Shown here piece by piece: positions 1 to 9,052 of a DNA stretch of 64,000 nt (positions within the stretch are counted from its first letter, which is position 1; every line of letters starts with the position of its first letter). Under the pieces are notes generated by a model that worked only from the letters and a program-made list of their open reading frames with translations, was not told the origin of the DNA and ran no database searches. The translations under genes were made by a program, and so were the position numbers. Where the stretch lies: positions 1,958 to 65,957 of the forward strand of contig CAYOLA010000031.1 of the NCBI GenBank assembly GCA_964404735.1, given 5' to 3'. Origin of the DNA: an uncultured Bacteroidales bacterium. Lineage in GTDB: Bacteria; Bacteroidota; Bacteroidia; Bacteroidales; B18-G4.

Positions 1-327
1 CTCCATGCGCCTGACATCTACCCGGCCATCGGGAAGGAGTATGCCGGCAACGAAGCCGTTGGCGCCACGCTCCCTTGCAACCCGCACATCTTCCTTCATA
101 ATATCGAACTCCGTTTCGCTGTAGCAGAAATCCCCGCCCCTGGGGCGTATCATGACATTGAGGGTAATGCCGGTCACTTCCCGTGTTTTGCTGATCATGC
201 CGGCCGAGGGCGTTGTTCCGCCTTCCGGCAGGTTATTGCAGAGCTCGACCCGCCGTGCTCCTCCCTTTTCGGCGTTGATGGCCGAAAGAGCCGAGTTTAC
301 ACAGGCTTCGATGATAACAGCAGGCAT
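1..327 (-). CDS. cutC: Copper homeostasis protein CutC (N-terminal part; gene runs off the left edge)
   Basis: Absent from the ORF track because it has no stop inside the window. Reverse-complement translation from the ATG (325-327 on +) reads MPAVIIEACVNSALSAINAEKGGARRVELCNNLPEGGTTPSAGMISKTREVTGITLNVMIRPRGGDFCYSETEFDIMKEDVRVARERGANGFVAGILLPDGRVDVRRME. It carries the CutC hallmarks RVELC, EGGxTPS and IRPRGGDFxYS. The 152-382 + ORF is its antisense shadow. Confidence 0.8.
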   Translation of the reverse strand, partial: MPAVIIEACVNSALSAINAEKGGARRVELCNNLPEGGTTPSAGMISKTREVTGITLNVMIRPRGGDFCYSETEFDIMKEDVRVARERGANGFVAGILLPDGRVDVRRME

Positions 328-592
328 GGGATGGCATGATTGGTTTACGAAAATAGTAAATTTCATTTTGATGGCATCATGATTATTCGACCACCGGTAC
401 AGATATGATCTTTAGTTTTATCAATATTTCACCCGGTTCCGGCTTCCCATGCTTAGAGCACAGGCCAGCCATATATCCGGCAGACAGCCACAGGCCATAT
501 CCATTACCCGGTGTGGCATACAGGCCTTTTGAAACGAAGACCAGGGAAGCGACGGGGCATCAGCATTGAAAGTAAAACCCTATCTTTGGGGC

Positions 593-3022
593 ATGATCTA
601 TCCCGGAAATTTCGAACAGAAGATCGGCTTCGACAGGATCAGGGAGTTGCTCCGGCAGCAGTGCATCAGTGAACTGGCAGGCCGGCATGTCGACTCCATG
701 CGCTTTGAACAGGGCCATGGCAGGGTACAGGAACTGCTCAACCAGGCGGAGGAATTCCGCCAGATCCTTCTTTCGGGCAGGTCCTTCCCAAATTCCGGCT
801 ATTTCGACCTCACCGCCGAGATCAGGCGTACGAGGCCGGAGGGCACCTACATGGAAACCGAAATACTGTTCGACCTCAGATCCTCCCTGCAAACCATCAA
901 CCAATGCCTGCACTTTCTGAGGGACGACGGGCAGGAATTACATCCCGCCCTGCAAAAACTGGCCGGCGACCTGGAGCCTGAAGAAGAGCTGTTACGGCAG
1001 ATCGACAGGATCATTGACGACAGGGGAATGGTCAGGGACGCTGCCTCTGCCGGCCTCAAAGAGATCAGGGACGACCTGAAGCGCAAACGTTTATCGATCG
1101 ACGGCAGGATCAAAAAGAGTATGCAGGCGGCAAAGCAGGCAGGCCATGCACCGGATGAGGCCGAGGTCACCATCCGCAGCGGACGCCTCGTGATCCCCGT
1201 GCTCGCCGCCAGCAAAAGGCAGGTAAAAGGCTTTATCCACGATGAGTCGGCTACCGGGCAAACCGTTTATATCGAACCCACCGAGGTCTTCGACCTGAAC
1301 AACGACATTCGTAAACTCGAAAATGCGGAGCGAAGGGAGGTCATCAGAATCCTGACGGCTTTTACCGACAACGTCAGGCCGCTTGCAGGCAAGCTGTTGC
1401 TGATGTATGACTTCCTGGGGATGATCGACTTTATCCGTGCCAAAGCAAAACTGGCCATGCTGATCAATGGCATCAGGCCGGTGGTGAAGCCCTTCCCGCT
1501 CTTCAACTGGCGAAATGCCCGGCACCCCTTGCTGTACCTCGCACTGAAAGAACAGGGAAAGCCTGTCGTACCCATGGATATTGAACTCAACAACAGGCAG
1601 CGCATCCTGGTGATCTCGGGGCCCAATGCAGGCGGGAAATCGGTTTGCCTGAAAACCGCCGGCCTGCTGCAGTACATGTTGCAATGCGGTTTGCCCGTGC
1701 CGATGGAGGAAAACTCCGAAGCCGGCATATTCAAGGATATTTTTCTCGATATTGGCGATGAACAGAGTCTTGAGAACGACCTGAGCACATACAGCTCACA
1801 CCTCATCAACATCAAATTTTTTATCCGCAAAGGAAATCGTAATACCCTTTTCCTCATCGATGAGTTTGGCACCGGCACCGAACCCCACCTGGGCGGTGCC
1901 ATTGCCGAGGCAGCCCTCCATGCCCTGAACAGGCACAAAGCGTTCGGGATCGTCACCACACACTATGCCAACATCAAGCATATGGCCGGGAAAGAATCCG
2001 GTATCATCAACGGGGCCATGCTGTTCGATACCCGGGAAATGCGCCCCCTGTACATGCTCAAAACCGGCAAGCCCGGCAGTTCCTTTGCCTTTGAAATTGC
2101 CCGCAGAATTGGATTTCCTGAAGAGGTGCTTTCACACGCCGCTTCGATCACCGGCCATTCCCAGATCGATTTTGAAAAACAACTGCAGGAACTGGAAACT
2201 GAAAAAATGCTGCTGGAAAAGGAAAAGGAACAATTCGGCGTAGCCGATGGCTTCCTCTCAGAGATGATCGACAAATATGAAAAACTGCTTGAAGAACTGA
2301 ATACGCGCAAAGCGCAAATTGTTGAAGCAGCCCGCAATGAAGCCGAAAACATTATTTTGGGAGCCAACAGGCTGATCGAAAAAACCATTAAAGATATCAG
2401 AGAAGCCGAAGCGGAAAAGGAGAAGACCCGGGCACTGAGGAAAAAAATGGAAAAAGAGGCGGAAAAGATCGTGGAAAAGAAGCCCGGGAAAGATGTCAGC
2501 ACTGCCGCGAAAAAACCTCCGGAAGAACAATCCGGCATTTACGATCCGGGCCCTCCCTCCGTCGGGGACCTGGTGGAGATCAAAACCTACAACACCAGCG
2601 GGGAGTTGATCAGTATCAAGGGTAAGACCGCAACCGTTGCCATCGGAGCGCTCAGGATCAGGGTTCCGTTGAAGGACCTTGTAAAGCTCAGGCGGAGCGA
2701 AAAGGAGGGCAAAAAAGAAAGCCGGAAAAGCCCTGCTTACCGAAGCATCATGCATGATATAAACCGGCGGGCGGCAAACTTCAAGCCTTCCATCGACCTC
2801 AGGGGAAAGCGGGCCGCAGAAGCCCTGTCCGAATTGCAGTCGTGGCTCGACGATGCCATCATGCTCAGCATGAAAGACCTGAGCATCCTCCATGGTACCG
2901 GCGACGGCATTCTGCGGAAAGTTATCCGTGAGTACCTGCAAAATATCGAAGAAATTGAACATTTCCGCGATGCGCATGTTGAACATGGCGGACAGGGCAT
3001 CACGGAAGTACGCCTCCGCTGA
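593..3022 (+). CDS. mutS2: Endonuclease MutS2 (MutS ATPase plus C-terminal Smr domain)
   Basis: Long ORF with Walker A GPNAGGKS, MutS domain-V motifs LFLIDEFGTGTEP and VTTHY, a K/E-rich coiled-coil linker and a C-terminal Smr domain (IDLRGKRAAEAL...LSILHGTGDGILR). ATG at 593 (MIYPGNFEQKIGFDRI, a typical MutS2 N-terminus) is preferred over the TTG at 566 used by the track. Confidence 0.9.
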   Translation: MIYPGNFEQKIGFDRIRELLRQQCISELAGRHVDSMRFEQGHGRVQELLNQAEEFRQILLSGRSFPNSGYFDLTAEIRRTRPEGTYMETEILFDLRSSLQTINQCLHFLRDDGQELHPALQKLAGDLEPEEELLRQIDRIIDDRGMVRDAASAGLKEIRDDLKRKRLSIDGRIKKSMQAAKQAGHAPDEAEVTIRSGRLVIPVLAASKRQVKGFIHDESATGQTVYIEPTEVFDLNNDIRKLENAERREVIRILTAFTDNVRPLAGKLLLMYDFLGMIDFIRAKAKLAMLINGIRPVVKPFPLFNWRNARHPLLYLALKEQGKPVVPMDIELNNRQRILVISGPNAGGKSVCLKTAGLLQYMLQCGLPVPMEENSEAGIFKDIFLDIGDEQSLENDLSTYSSHLINIKFFIRKGNRNTLFLIDEFGTGTEPHLGGAIAEAALHALNRHKAFGIVTTHYANIKHMAGKESGIINGAMLFDTREMRPLYMLKTGKPGSSFAFEIARRIGFPEEVLSHAASITGHSQIDFEKQLQELETEKMLLEKEKEQFGVADGFLSEMIDKYEKLLEELNTRKAQIVEAARNEAENIILGANRLIEKTIKDIREAEAEKEKTRALRKKMEKEAEKIVEKKPGKDVSTAAKKPPEEQSGIYDPGPPSVGDLVEIKTYNTSGELISIKGKTATVAIGALRIRVPLKDLVKLRRSEKEGKKESRKSPAYRSIMHDINRRAANFKPSIDLRGKRAAEALSELQSWLDDAIMLSMKDLSILHGTGDGILRKVIREYLQNIEEIEHFRDAHVEHGGQGITEVRLR

Positions 3023-3073
3023 CAATCAGCATCATCCCCCTGTAACAAACAACCGTCTTTTTATCAATACAAT

Positions 3074-3334
3074 ATGACAGACCAGCAAAATACCGGACCC
3101 GGAACAGAACAGGAACAGCCAAAAAAAAGGAAGTTCAACTTTTTACCCCTGGCAGGCGCCATCCTCGGAGCCATCGGAGGATATATCTACTATATTGAAG
3201 TTGGCTGCAAATCGGGTAGTTGCGCCATCACCTCAAGCCCCTACCTGAGCATGATCTGGGGAGCCGCCATTGGTTACCTGCTATTTGGCCTCATCAGAAA
3301 AAAACCTGCCCGGCAACGCAAAACCAATCAATAA
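3074..3334 (+). CDS. Small membrane protein of unknown function (two predicted TM helices)
   Basis: 86-aa ORF with a polar N-terminus, then hydrophobic stretches LPLAGAILGAIGGYIYYI and MIWGAAIGYLLFGLI around a CKSGSC pair. It ends 17 nt before the next gene. No family recognised. Confidence 0.5.
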   Translation: MTDQQNTGPGTEQEQPKKRKFNFLPLAGAILGAIGGYIYYIEVGCKSGSCAITSSPYLSMIWGAAIGYLLFGLIRKKPARQRKTNQ

Positions 3335-3351
3335 TAGCATACTTTAGCATC

Positions 3352-3897
3352 ATGAACACTGAAACCGAAAAGCAAATCAGGGAACTAAGGGAAAAAATAG
3401 AAAGCCTGGAAAAAGGGACAAAAGACCAGTTAACCATGGTTGTTTTTTCCGGAGATCTCGATAAGTTACTGGCAGCAATGATCATAGCTACCGGAGCCAC
3501 TGCCATGGATACCAAAGTCAAGCTTTTTTTCACCTTTTGGGCAATTGCGGCCCTGCGGGATATCAAAAAGAAAAAGAAAGGAAAAAGCTTCATATCGAAA
3601 ATGTTTGGTATGATGTTGCCGAAGGGAAGCTCAAAGCTGAAACTTTCGAAAATGAACATGGGCGGCCTTGGCACTTCCATGATGAAATCCCTGATGAAGA
3701 AAAAAAATGTAGCCTCGCTCGAGGAGCTTTTTGAAGCAGCCGGTGAACTGGGTGTTGAGATCAGGATATGTGAGATGAGCATGAACCTGATGGGCTTTGG
3801 CGTTGACGAGCTGATCGATTACCCCCATATGGAAGTATGCGGCGTGGGGACCTTTCTGGCCGATGCCGGTGAGAGCAAGGTGCAATTGTTCATTTGA
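3352..3897 (+). CDS. DsrE/DsrF-like sulfur-relay family protein
   Basis: 181 aa from ATG 3352; the 3220 start in the track would overlap the previous gene. MVVFSGDLDKLLAAMIIATGA and the C-terminal ICEMSMNLMG cysteine motif resemble DsrE/DsrF-like (COG2210-type) proteins. Confidence 0.65.
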   Translation: MNTETEKQIRELREKIESLEKGTKDQLTMVVFSGDLDKLLAAMIIATGATAMDTKVKLFFTFWAIAALRDIKKKKKGKSFISKMFGMMLPKGSSKLKLSKMNMGGLGTSMMKSLMKKKNVASLEELFEAAGELGVEIRICEMSMNLMGFGVDELIDYPHMEVCGVGTFLADAGESKVQLFI

Positions 3898-3974
3898 TGA
3901 TCCCCGTCCGGGGAATTCCGGCTATGGCCATCCGAATTGGTTTCCCGGCATATGCTTCCTGGCCCTGACAGCTG

Positions 3975-4340
3975 TCATTTGCCGGAGGCGATTTCTTCCA
4001 GGACTTTACGCTCCTTTGCCGGTAGCCCTTTCACCACCAGCCCGTATGAATGGTCAATCCATTCCCTGATCAGGGTATCGGACACGCTCCCATCAATCAT
4101 CACCAGGTTCCAGTGGCGTTTATTGAAATAGCGGGGTATACGCACCGCAGGATATTCTTCCCGGAGGCTTTCCGCCTTCTCTGGATCGCACTTGAGCGAT
4201 ACCGCAAACTCATCTTCCAGATCGGTTACCGCGAACATTTTTCCGCCAACCTTGAACACCAGTGTCGTCTGATCGAAAGGAAAGGACTCCGAGGCTCCTT
4301 TCTTCATCATGCAATAATCGCGAAGCGCTTCAATATTCAT
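3975..4340 (-). CDS. MmcQ/YjbR family DNA-binding protein
   Basis: MNIEALRDYCMMKKGASESFPFD...LVFKVGGKMFA...YFNKRHWNLV matches the MmcQ/YjbR family pattern. ATG at 4340 is preferred over 4361. Confidence 0.7.
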   Translation of the reverse strand: MNIEALRDYCMMKKGASESFPFDQTTLVFKVGGKMFAVTDLEDEFAVSLKCDPEKAESLREEYPAVRIPRYFNKRHWNLVMIDGSVSDTLIREWIDHSYGLVVKGLPAKERKVLEEIASGK

Positions 4341-4519
4341 ATGGGATAGTTTTAATATCAATCACTTACGACCTCAATACTGCGCTACGTTAAAATTTAT
4401 TCGGTCAGGCAAAGTAAAAAATACATTAATTTTGCAGCAGCATAAGGGACAGGAAGTTTATGCAGCGGAGCGGACATAATCATTGGTTTGCCGTTCCGGA
4501 CCGGCAACTGCCTGTGCCT

Positions 4520-4527
4520 TATATTTG
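4520..4527 (+). promoter_or_regulatory. Candidate Bacteroidota -7 promoter box TATATTTG
   Basis: Exact match to TAnnTTTG, 22 nt upstream of ATG 4550. No well-spaced -33 TTTG; the nearest TTTG (4487-4490) is 29 nt away. Confidence 0.3.
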
Positions 4528-4549
4528 TCTTAACAAATATACAAAGATT

Positions 4550-6097
4550 ATGGGCTTAAAGAGCAAGACTTCCGAACTCAAAATGAGGATGAGAAATGCG
4601 CTTCAGGGAGGGGGATCACAGGCCATTGAGAAGCAAAAGGCGATCGGCAAGCTGACTGCCCGTGAAAGGATCATCGCATTGCTTGATCCTCGTTCATTTC
4701 ATGAATATGATATTTTCGTTGAGCATACGGCGAAGGATTTCGACATGGACAAGAAATACCTTCCGGGCGACGGCGTGGTGACCGGCACCGGCATCATCAG
4801 CGGCCACCCGGTTTGCATCTATGCCCAGGACTTTACCGTTGCCGGCGGCTCGCTCGGGTTGATGCATGCCCGCAAGATCACCAAGATCATGGATCATGCC
4901 ATGAAACTGGGGGTTCCCATTATCGGCATCAACGATTCGGGCGGAGCCCGTATACAGGAAGGGGTAAATTCCCTGGCGGGATACGGTGAGATCTTTTACC
5001 GCAACACACAGGCATCGGGGGTGATACCGCAGATATCCGTCATCCTTGGCCCCTGCGCCGGCGGTGCCGTATATTCGCCTGCGCTTACCGACTTTGTTTT
5101 TGTGGTCGACAAGATATCCAAGATGTTCATTACAGGCCCGGAGGTGATCAAGGCCACCATTGGCGAAGAGATATCGATGGAAGACCTTGGTGGTGCGCGG
5201 GTTCATTCCGAGATCACCGGCAATGCCCATTTCTTTGCCGAAAGCGAGCAGGAATGCTTCGACCAGATAAAACAACTCATCACCTTTATTCCCTGGAACA
5301 ACCGGAAAAAAGCCGATTCTTTTCCCAAGAAGGCCCCGCGCACAAGAAGCTACAACATCTCAACCATTATCCCAACCGATCCGAAGCAGCCATACGACGT
5401 ACGTGATGTGATCAAGGCCATCTGCGACGACTCCGAATTCCTGGAAATACAGGCAGGCTTTGCCGCAAACATCGTGATCGGGTTTGCCAGGCTGAAAGGC
5501 GAAACCATCGGCTTTGTTGCCAACCAACCGCTTGTGCTGGCCGGCGTGCTGGATGTGGACTCTTCCGACAAAGCGGCCCGTTTTATCCGTTACTGCAACG
5601 CATTCAACATCCCCCTGATCACATTGGTCGACCTGCCGGGCTACCTGCCCGGGGTTGACCAGGAACATGCCGGTGTGATCAGGCACGGCGCCAAAATCCT
5701 CTATGCCTATTCGGAAGCAACGGTCCCGAAACTTACCGTAGTCTTACGAAAAGCATACGGCGGCGGGTATATTGCCATGTGCTCGCACCACCTGCGTGCC
5801 GACTTTGTCTTTGCATGGCCAACGGCAGAGATTGCCGTGATGGGACCCGAAGGGGCGGCCAACATCATTTTCCGCAATGAGATCAAAAATTCGGAAAACC
5901 CCGACGAAACCAGAAAACAAAAGATAAAGGAATACAAGGAAAAATTTGCCAATCCTTACGTAGCTGCCGCATACGGATATATCGACGCCGTAATTGAACC
6001 CGACGATACACGGCGGATGCTCATCCATGCACTCGACATCTCAACCAATAAAAAAGAGATCCCGCCAATTAAAAAACATGGCATTCCGCCATTTTAA
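4550..6097 (+). CDS. Acyl-CoA carboxylase carboxyltransferase subunit (propionyl-CoA carboxylase beta / methylmalonyl-CoA decarboxylase alpha family)
   Basis: 515 aa from ATG 4550. Family motifs are present throughout: GKLTARERI, DFTVAGGSLG, GINDSGGARIQEG, ILGPCAGGAVYSPALTDF, ANQPLVLAGVLD and AARFIRYCNAFNIPLITLVDLPGYLPG. Confidence 0.9.
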   Translation: MGLKSKTSELKMRMRNALQGGGSQAIEKQKAIGKLTARERIIALLDPRSFHEYDIFVEHTAKDFDMDKKYLPGDGVVTGTGIISGHPVCIYAQDFTVAGGSLGLMHARKITKIMDHAMKLGVPIIGINDSGGARIQEGVNSLAGYGEIFYRNTQASGVIPQISVILGPCAGGAVYSPALTDFVFVVDKISKMFITGPEVIKATIGEEISMEDLGGARVHSEITGNAHFFAESEQECFDQIKQLITFIPWNNRKKADSFPKKAPRTRSYNISTIIPTDPKQPYDVRDVIKAICDDSEFLEIQAGFAANIVIGFARLKGETIGFVANQPLVLAGVLDVDSSDKAARFIRYCNAFNIPLITLVDLPGYLPGVDQEHAGVIRHGAKILYAYSEATVPKLTVVLRKAYGGGYIAMCSHHLRADFVFAWPTAEIAVMGPEGAANIIFRNEIKNSENPDETRKQKIKEYKEKFANPYVAAAYGYIDAVIEPDDTRRMLIHALDISTNKKEIPPIKKHGIPPF

Positions 6098-6108
6098 ACC
6101 GCTAAGCC

Positions 6109-6438
6109 ATGAAAAAAAACGACAAGCAAGGCGGGAAGCTCCAACTGCTGAATATTGATTACTTTAAATACAGGACCCTGCTGACGAAAAAATTCCTGAA
6201 CCGGAAAATATACAGCGAGAAGGATCCGAAGAAGATACTGGCTTTTATTCCAGGTACCATCAGAAAAGTTGAGGTGAAACCCGGCGACACGGTCGAAAAG
6301 GGCCAGTTGCTGCTCACCCTGGAGGCAATGAAAATGAAAAACCGTATCCTTAGCCCCATTGACGGGAAGATCAGCGAGGTACATGTAAAGACGGGAAATA
6401 CTGTTGCAAAAAATGAATTGCTGATCATCCTTGAATGA
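6109..6438 (+). CDS. Biotin carboxyl carrier domain protein
   Basis: 109 aa. C-terminal biotinyl domain with LTLEAMKMKNRI (the E-A-M-K-M biotinylation motif), 11 nt after the carboxyltransferase gene. Confidence 0.8.
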   Translation: MKKNDKQGGKLQLLNIDYFKYRTLLTKKFLNRKIYSEKDPKKILAFIPGTIRKVEVKPGDTVEKGQLLLTLEAMKMKNRILSPIDGKISEVHVKTGNTVAKNELLIILE

Positions 6439-7080
6439 TCAGCCCTTCCCGGTCATGTATTTTTCATATAAGGCATTGTTTGCTGCAATAAGTTGCAGCA
6501 GCCGCTCTTTACCAAGGCCTGTCATGGCCGAAGTGGCAATATATTCAGGCAGTTCCTCCCATTGTTCCATCAGGTGCCGGCAATAGGCGGCAATGGCCGC
6601 ATCAAGCCTGGTGCGGGAGATCTTATCCGTCTTGGTGAATAGAATGATAAAAGGCAATTGGGCCGAGGCCATCCATTCCATGAAGGCCGTATCGGACTTT
6701 TGCGGTTCCAGGCGCGTGTCAACCAGAATGAAGGTACATACCAGATTCTTTCTTTTCAGCAGATAATCATGGATCATCTTCTCCCAGCGCTCCCTTTCCT
6801 TTTTGGAGATCCTGGCATAGCCATAACCCGGAAGGTCGACCAGGTACCACTGCCCATTAATGATGAAATGATTGATCAAACGGGTTTTACCCGGCGTCCG
6901 GCTCGTCTTTGCCAGGCCCTTCGTTTCCGTAAGGAGATTGATCAGAGAGGACTTCCCCACATTCGACCTGCCAATAAAGGCATATTCAGGCAAGTTGTCG
7001 GAAGGACATGCAGCCACACCGGGACTGCTGGTAACAAAGCTTGCAGTTCTGACAAGAAATTTTTCGCTGTTTTTGCTCAC
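6439..7080 (-). CDS. engB: Ribosome biogenesis GTP-binding protein YihA/YsxC
   Basis: GTPase motifs G1 GRSNVGKSS, G3 DLPGYGYA and G4 TKTDK. Size and layout are typical of EngB. Confidence 0.9.
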   Translation of the reverse strand: MSKNSEKFLVRTASFVTSSPGVAACPSDNLPEYAFIGRSNVGKSSLINLLTETKGLAKTSRTPGKTRLINHFIINGQWYLVDLPGYGYARISKKERERWEKMIHDYLLKRKNLVCTFILVDTRLEPQKSDTAFMEWMASAQLPFIILFTKTDKISRTRLDAAIAAYCRHLMEQWEELPEYIATSAMTGLGKERLLQLIAANNALYEKYMTGKG

Positions 7081-8006
7081 TTCTTTTTATAGGTTGACAG
7101 GTGCCTGTCTTTCTTGTAATCATAAATATCGGCAATGGTAACGATGATCCCCATTTCCTCCACATTGCCAAAACCCGGGTTAACAGCCGACCCAAAAGAC
7201 CGCATGGTGGAAGAAAGGTTCATGTAGGCATTAAAAAGCGGGGGTACCTGCTCCTTGAGCGAACGGATCTTATGCACCATGATCTTATAGTCTTCGTCGT
7301 AGTTGCATCCTGAAAAAATGCTTTTCAGGACCTTTTCGGGTGTGCTGATCTTAATGGGTTTATGCGGAACGATCAGATTTTCAGGATCGGGAAAATATTT
7401 TTCAATAAAATAATACAACAGGTCACGCGCCAGCGGATCATAATGCGGATACAGGGTGACCTTCCCAAAAAGGTATTTGATATCGGGATTGTCGATGACG
7501 ATGGCCCCCAGGCCGTCCCAGATGTTATCAAGCGAGTACATGCCGCGACGCAGGTCAACGGTAGGCTGGTAAAAAGTCTGTACAAAACTCCTGCCCAGTT
7601 CCACCGTTACCGGGAGATATTCGTTGATGAATTTATCGGAGATCCTGAACAGCTTTCCCGTGGGCGTGTGCAGGCTTCCATCTTCGTTAAGCCGGATATC
7701 CTTGCCGTGAATAAAGCGATAACCCCCGATGATCTCCCGCTCGTCGGGATCCCACACGATCAATTGCTTAAAGGGAACCTCATCGGTGTCGTACTGGTCA
7801 ATATCAATCGATTTACCCGTTCCGCCACCCGCATCGCGAAAGGTCATCTCACGCAAACGGCCGATCTCACGCATGGTATTCGGAGAATCATGGTGGGTGA
7901 TCACATAAATCTTGTTGCCGGCATTGTTGGTATCCCTGATGAACCGATCATCAGTAAGCTCCTTTTCGATCCTTGCCCGGTCGACCGGGGGAATAATGGT
8001 TTCCAT
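7077..8006 (-). CDS. GNAT-fold N-acyltransferase, OlsB/GlsB-like (amino-acid lipid synthesis)
   Basis: 309 aa resembling the hemolysin-like N-acyltransferases of Bacteroidota (REMTFRDAGGGTGKSIDID, VELGRSFV). There is a 4-nt overlap with engB downstream and a 3-nt gap to the PlsC-type acyltransferase upstream. Confidence 0.65.
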   Translation of the reverse strand: METIIPPVDRARIEKELTDDRFIRDTNNAGNKIYVITHHDSPNTMREIGRLREMTFRDAGGGTGKSIDIDQYDTDEVPFKQLIVWDPDEREIIGGYRFIHGKDIRLNEDGSLHTPTGKLFRISDKFINEYLPVTVELGRSFVQTFYQPTVDLRRGMYSLDNIWDGLGAIVIDNPDIKYLFGKVTLYPHYDPLARDLLYYFIEKYFPDPENLIVPHKPIKISTPEKVLKSIFSGCNYDEDYKIMVHKIRSLKEQVPPLFNAYMNLSSTMRSFGSAVNPGFGNVEEMGIIVTIADIYDYKKDRHLSTYKKK

Positions 8007-8009
8007 ATC

Positions 8010-8849
8010 TTAAAGCTTGTTTTTCTCTTTTAATTTGTAGACTTCCTCTCTGACCATGGCGGCCCATTCGAGGTCGCTCCTGCTGCGGTCAAATGTTTCC
8101 CAGGGGATGCTTTTCCCCACCACGATCGGAATGTCCTCATCGAGGTGTTTATAGGTTTCGTTAACCAGGTAAAGCATTTCAATATTTGCCTTTATTCCGA
8201 GGCCTGTGCGAATATTGGCCAGCCTGTAAAAAAAATTCGAATTGCGGCCGCCCATGAAAACGGGGATGACATCGCGCTTGAATTGACGGGCCTTGGTGAT
8301 AATGGTCTTTTTCCATTCCAGGTCGCTGATCACCCCTTTCTTTTTTCGCGATACCAAACCGGCAGGATAATAGAGCAACAGGCGGTCGGAGGCAAAGGTT
8401 TCGTTGATCAGCCTGATGTTGTCGGCATTGCTGCCATGCTTGTTGATGGGAATGAAAAACTCGCTGAAATTGTCGATGTTCATCAGAATATCATTAACAG
8501 GGAAAACAAAATCCCTGCGTACATCCGATACGGCCTTCATCAGGGCAATGCCGTCGAGTCCCCCGAGGGGGTGATTGGAAACAATGATCTGCCTGCCGCT
8601 TGCCGGAAGGTTTTCCCTGCCTGTTAGTACAATATTGATCTTGAATTCATCTATAATCGCATCAATAAAATCCAGGCCGCTTTTATGCCCGTGCCTGACC
8701 AGGAAGTCGTTAACATCATCCTCATGAACGATGCGCTTCAGGTAATTCAGAACAAACCAGGGCAAAAACCCGGCAAGCCGCGGGCTCTTGGCCCGGATCA
8801 CCTCCTTCAGGTCGATAAACTTTTTTTGCTGCTTTTTAGCCATAACCAT
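8010..8849 (-). CDS. PlsC-family (lysophospholipid) acyltransferase, GlsA/OlsA-like
   Basis: 279 aa with the acyltransferase HX4D motif NHPLGGLDG and a downstream YYPAGLVSR block. First gene of a minus-strand three-gene unit. Confidence 0.7.
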   Translation of the reverse strand: MVMAKKQQKKFIDLKEVIRAKSPRLAGFLPWFVLNYLKRIVHEDDVNDFLVRHGHKSGLDFIDAIIDEFKINIVLTGRENLPASGRQIIVSNHPLGGLDGIALMKAVSDVRRDFVFPVNDILMNIDNFSEFFIPINKHGSNADNIRLINETFASDRLLLYYPAGLVSRKKKGVISDLEWKKTIITKARQFKRDVIPVFMGGRNSNFFYRLANIRTGLGIKANIEMLYLVNETYKHLDEDIPIVVGKSIPWETFDRSRSDLEWAAMVREEVYKLKEKNKL

Positions 8850-8884
8850 TATTACATCAAGGGTACCCTTTAAAATCCCAATTA

Positions 8885-8892
8885 CAAAAATA
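8885..8892 (-). promoter_or_regulatory. Candidate -7 promoter box TATTTTTG (minus strand)
   Basis: Plus strand reads caaaaata, which is TATTTTTG on the minus strand, 35 nt upstream of the 8849 start. No clear -33 element. Confidence 0.3.
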
Positions 8893-9052
8893 CGACTTAT
8901 TCCACTGTATTCGCATGGATAAATTTCACCCCCTGGATAAGCTTATATAACATTGTTTTTGTGTCTCTTACATCCTATTCCTGTCATCCTTGCGCTGCAA
9001 AGGAAAAAGATATATTAACATTTTGTTAATAAAAATTGTAACAAGATTTGAA

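Noticed and set aside
152-382. A 76-aa plus-strand ORF at the left edge.
   Set aside because: It is antisense to the cutC reading frame, whose translation shows strong CutC motifs. The plus-strand product has no recognisable features.
4460-4549. N-terminal extensions of track ORFs. Cases are 4460, 3220, 22725, 44794, 45944, 59837, 60640, 18174, the 566 TTG, the 50657-52105 upstream part and the 31891-32001 upstream part.
   Set aside because: In each case an internal ATG gives a canonical family N-terminus. It also removes overlap with the preceding gene or with an opposite-strand gene. The extended parts are Arg/Pro/His-rich junk translations of intergenic or neighbouring coding sequence.
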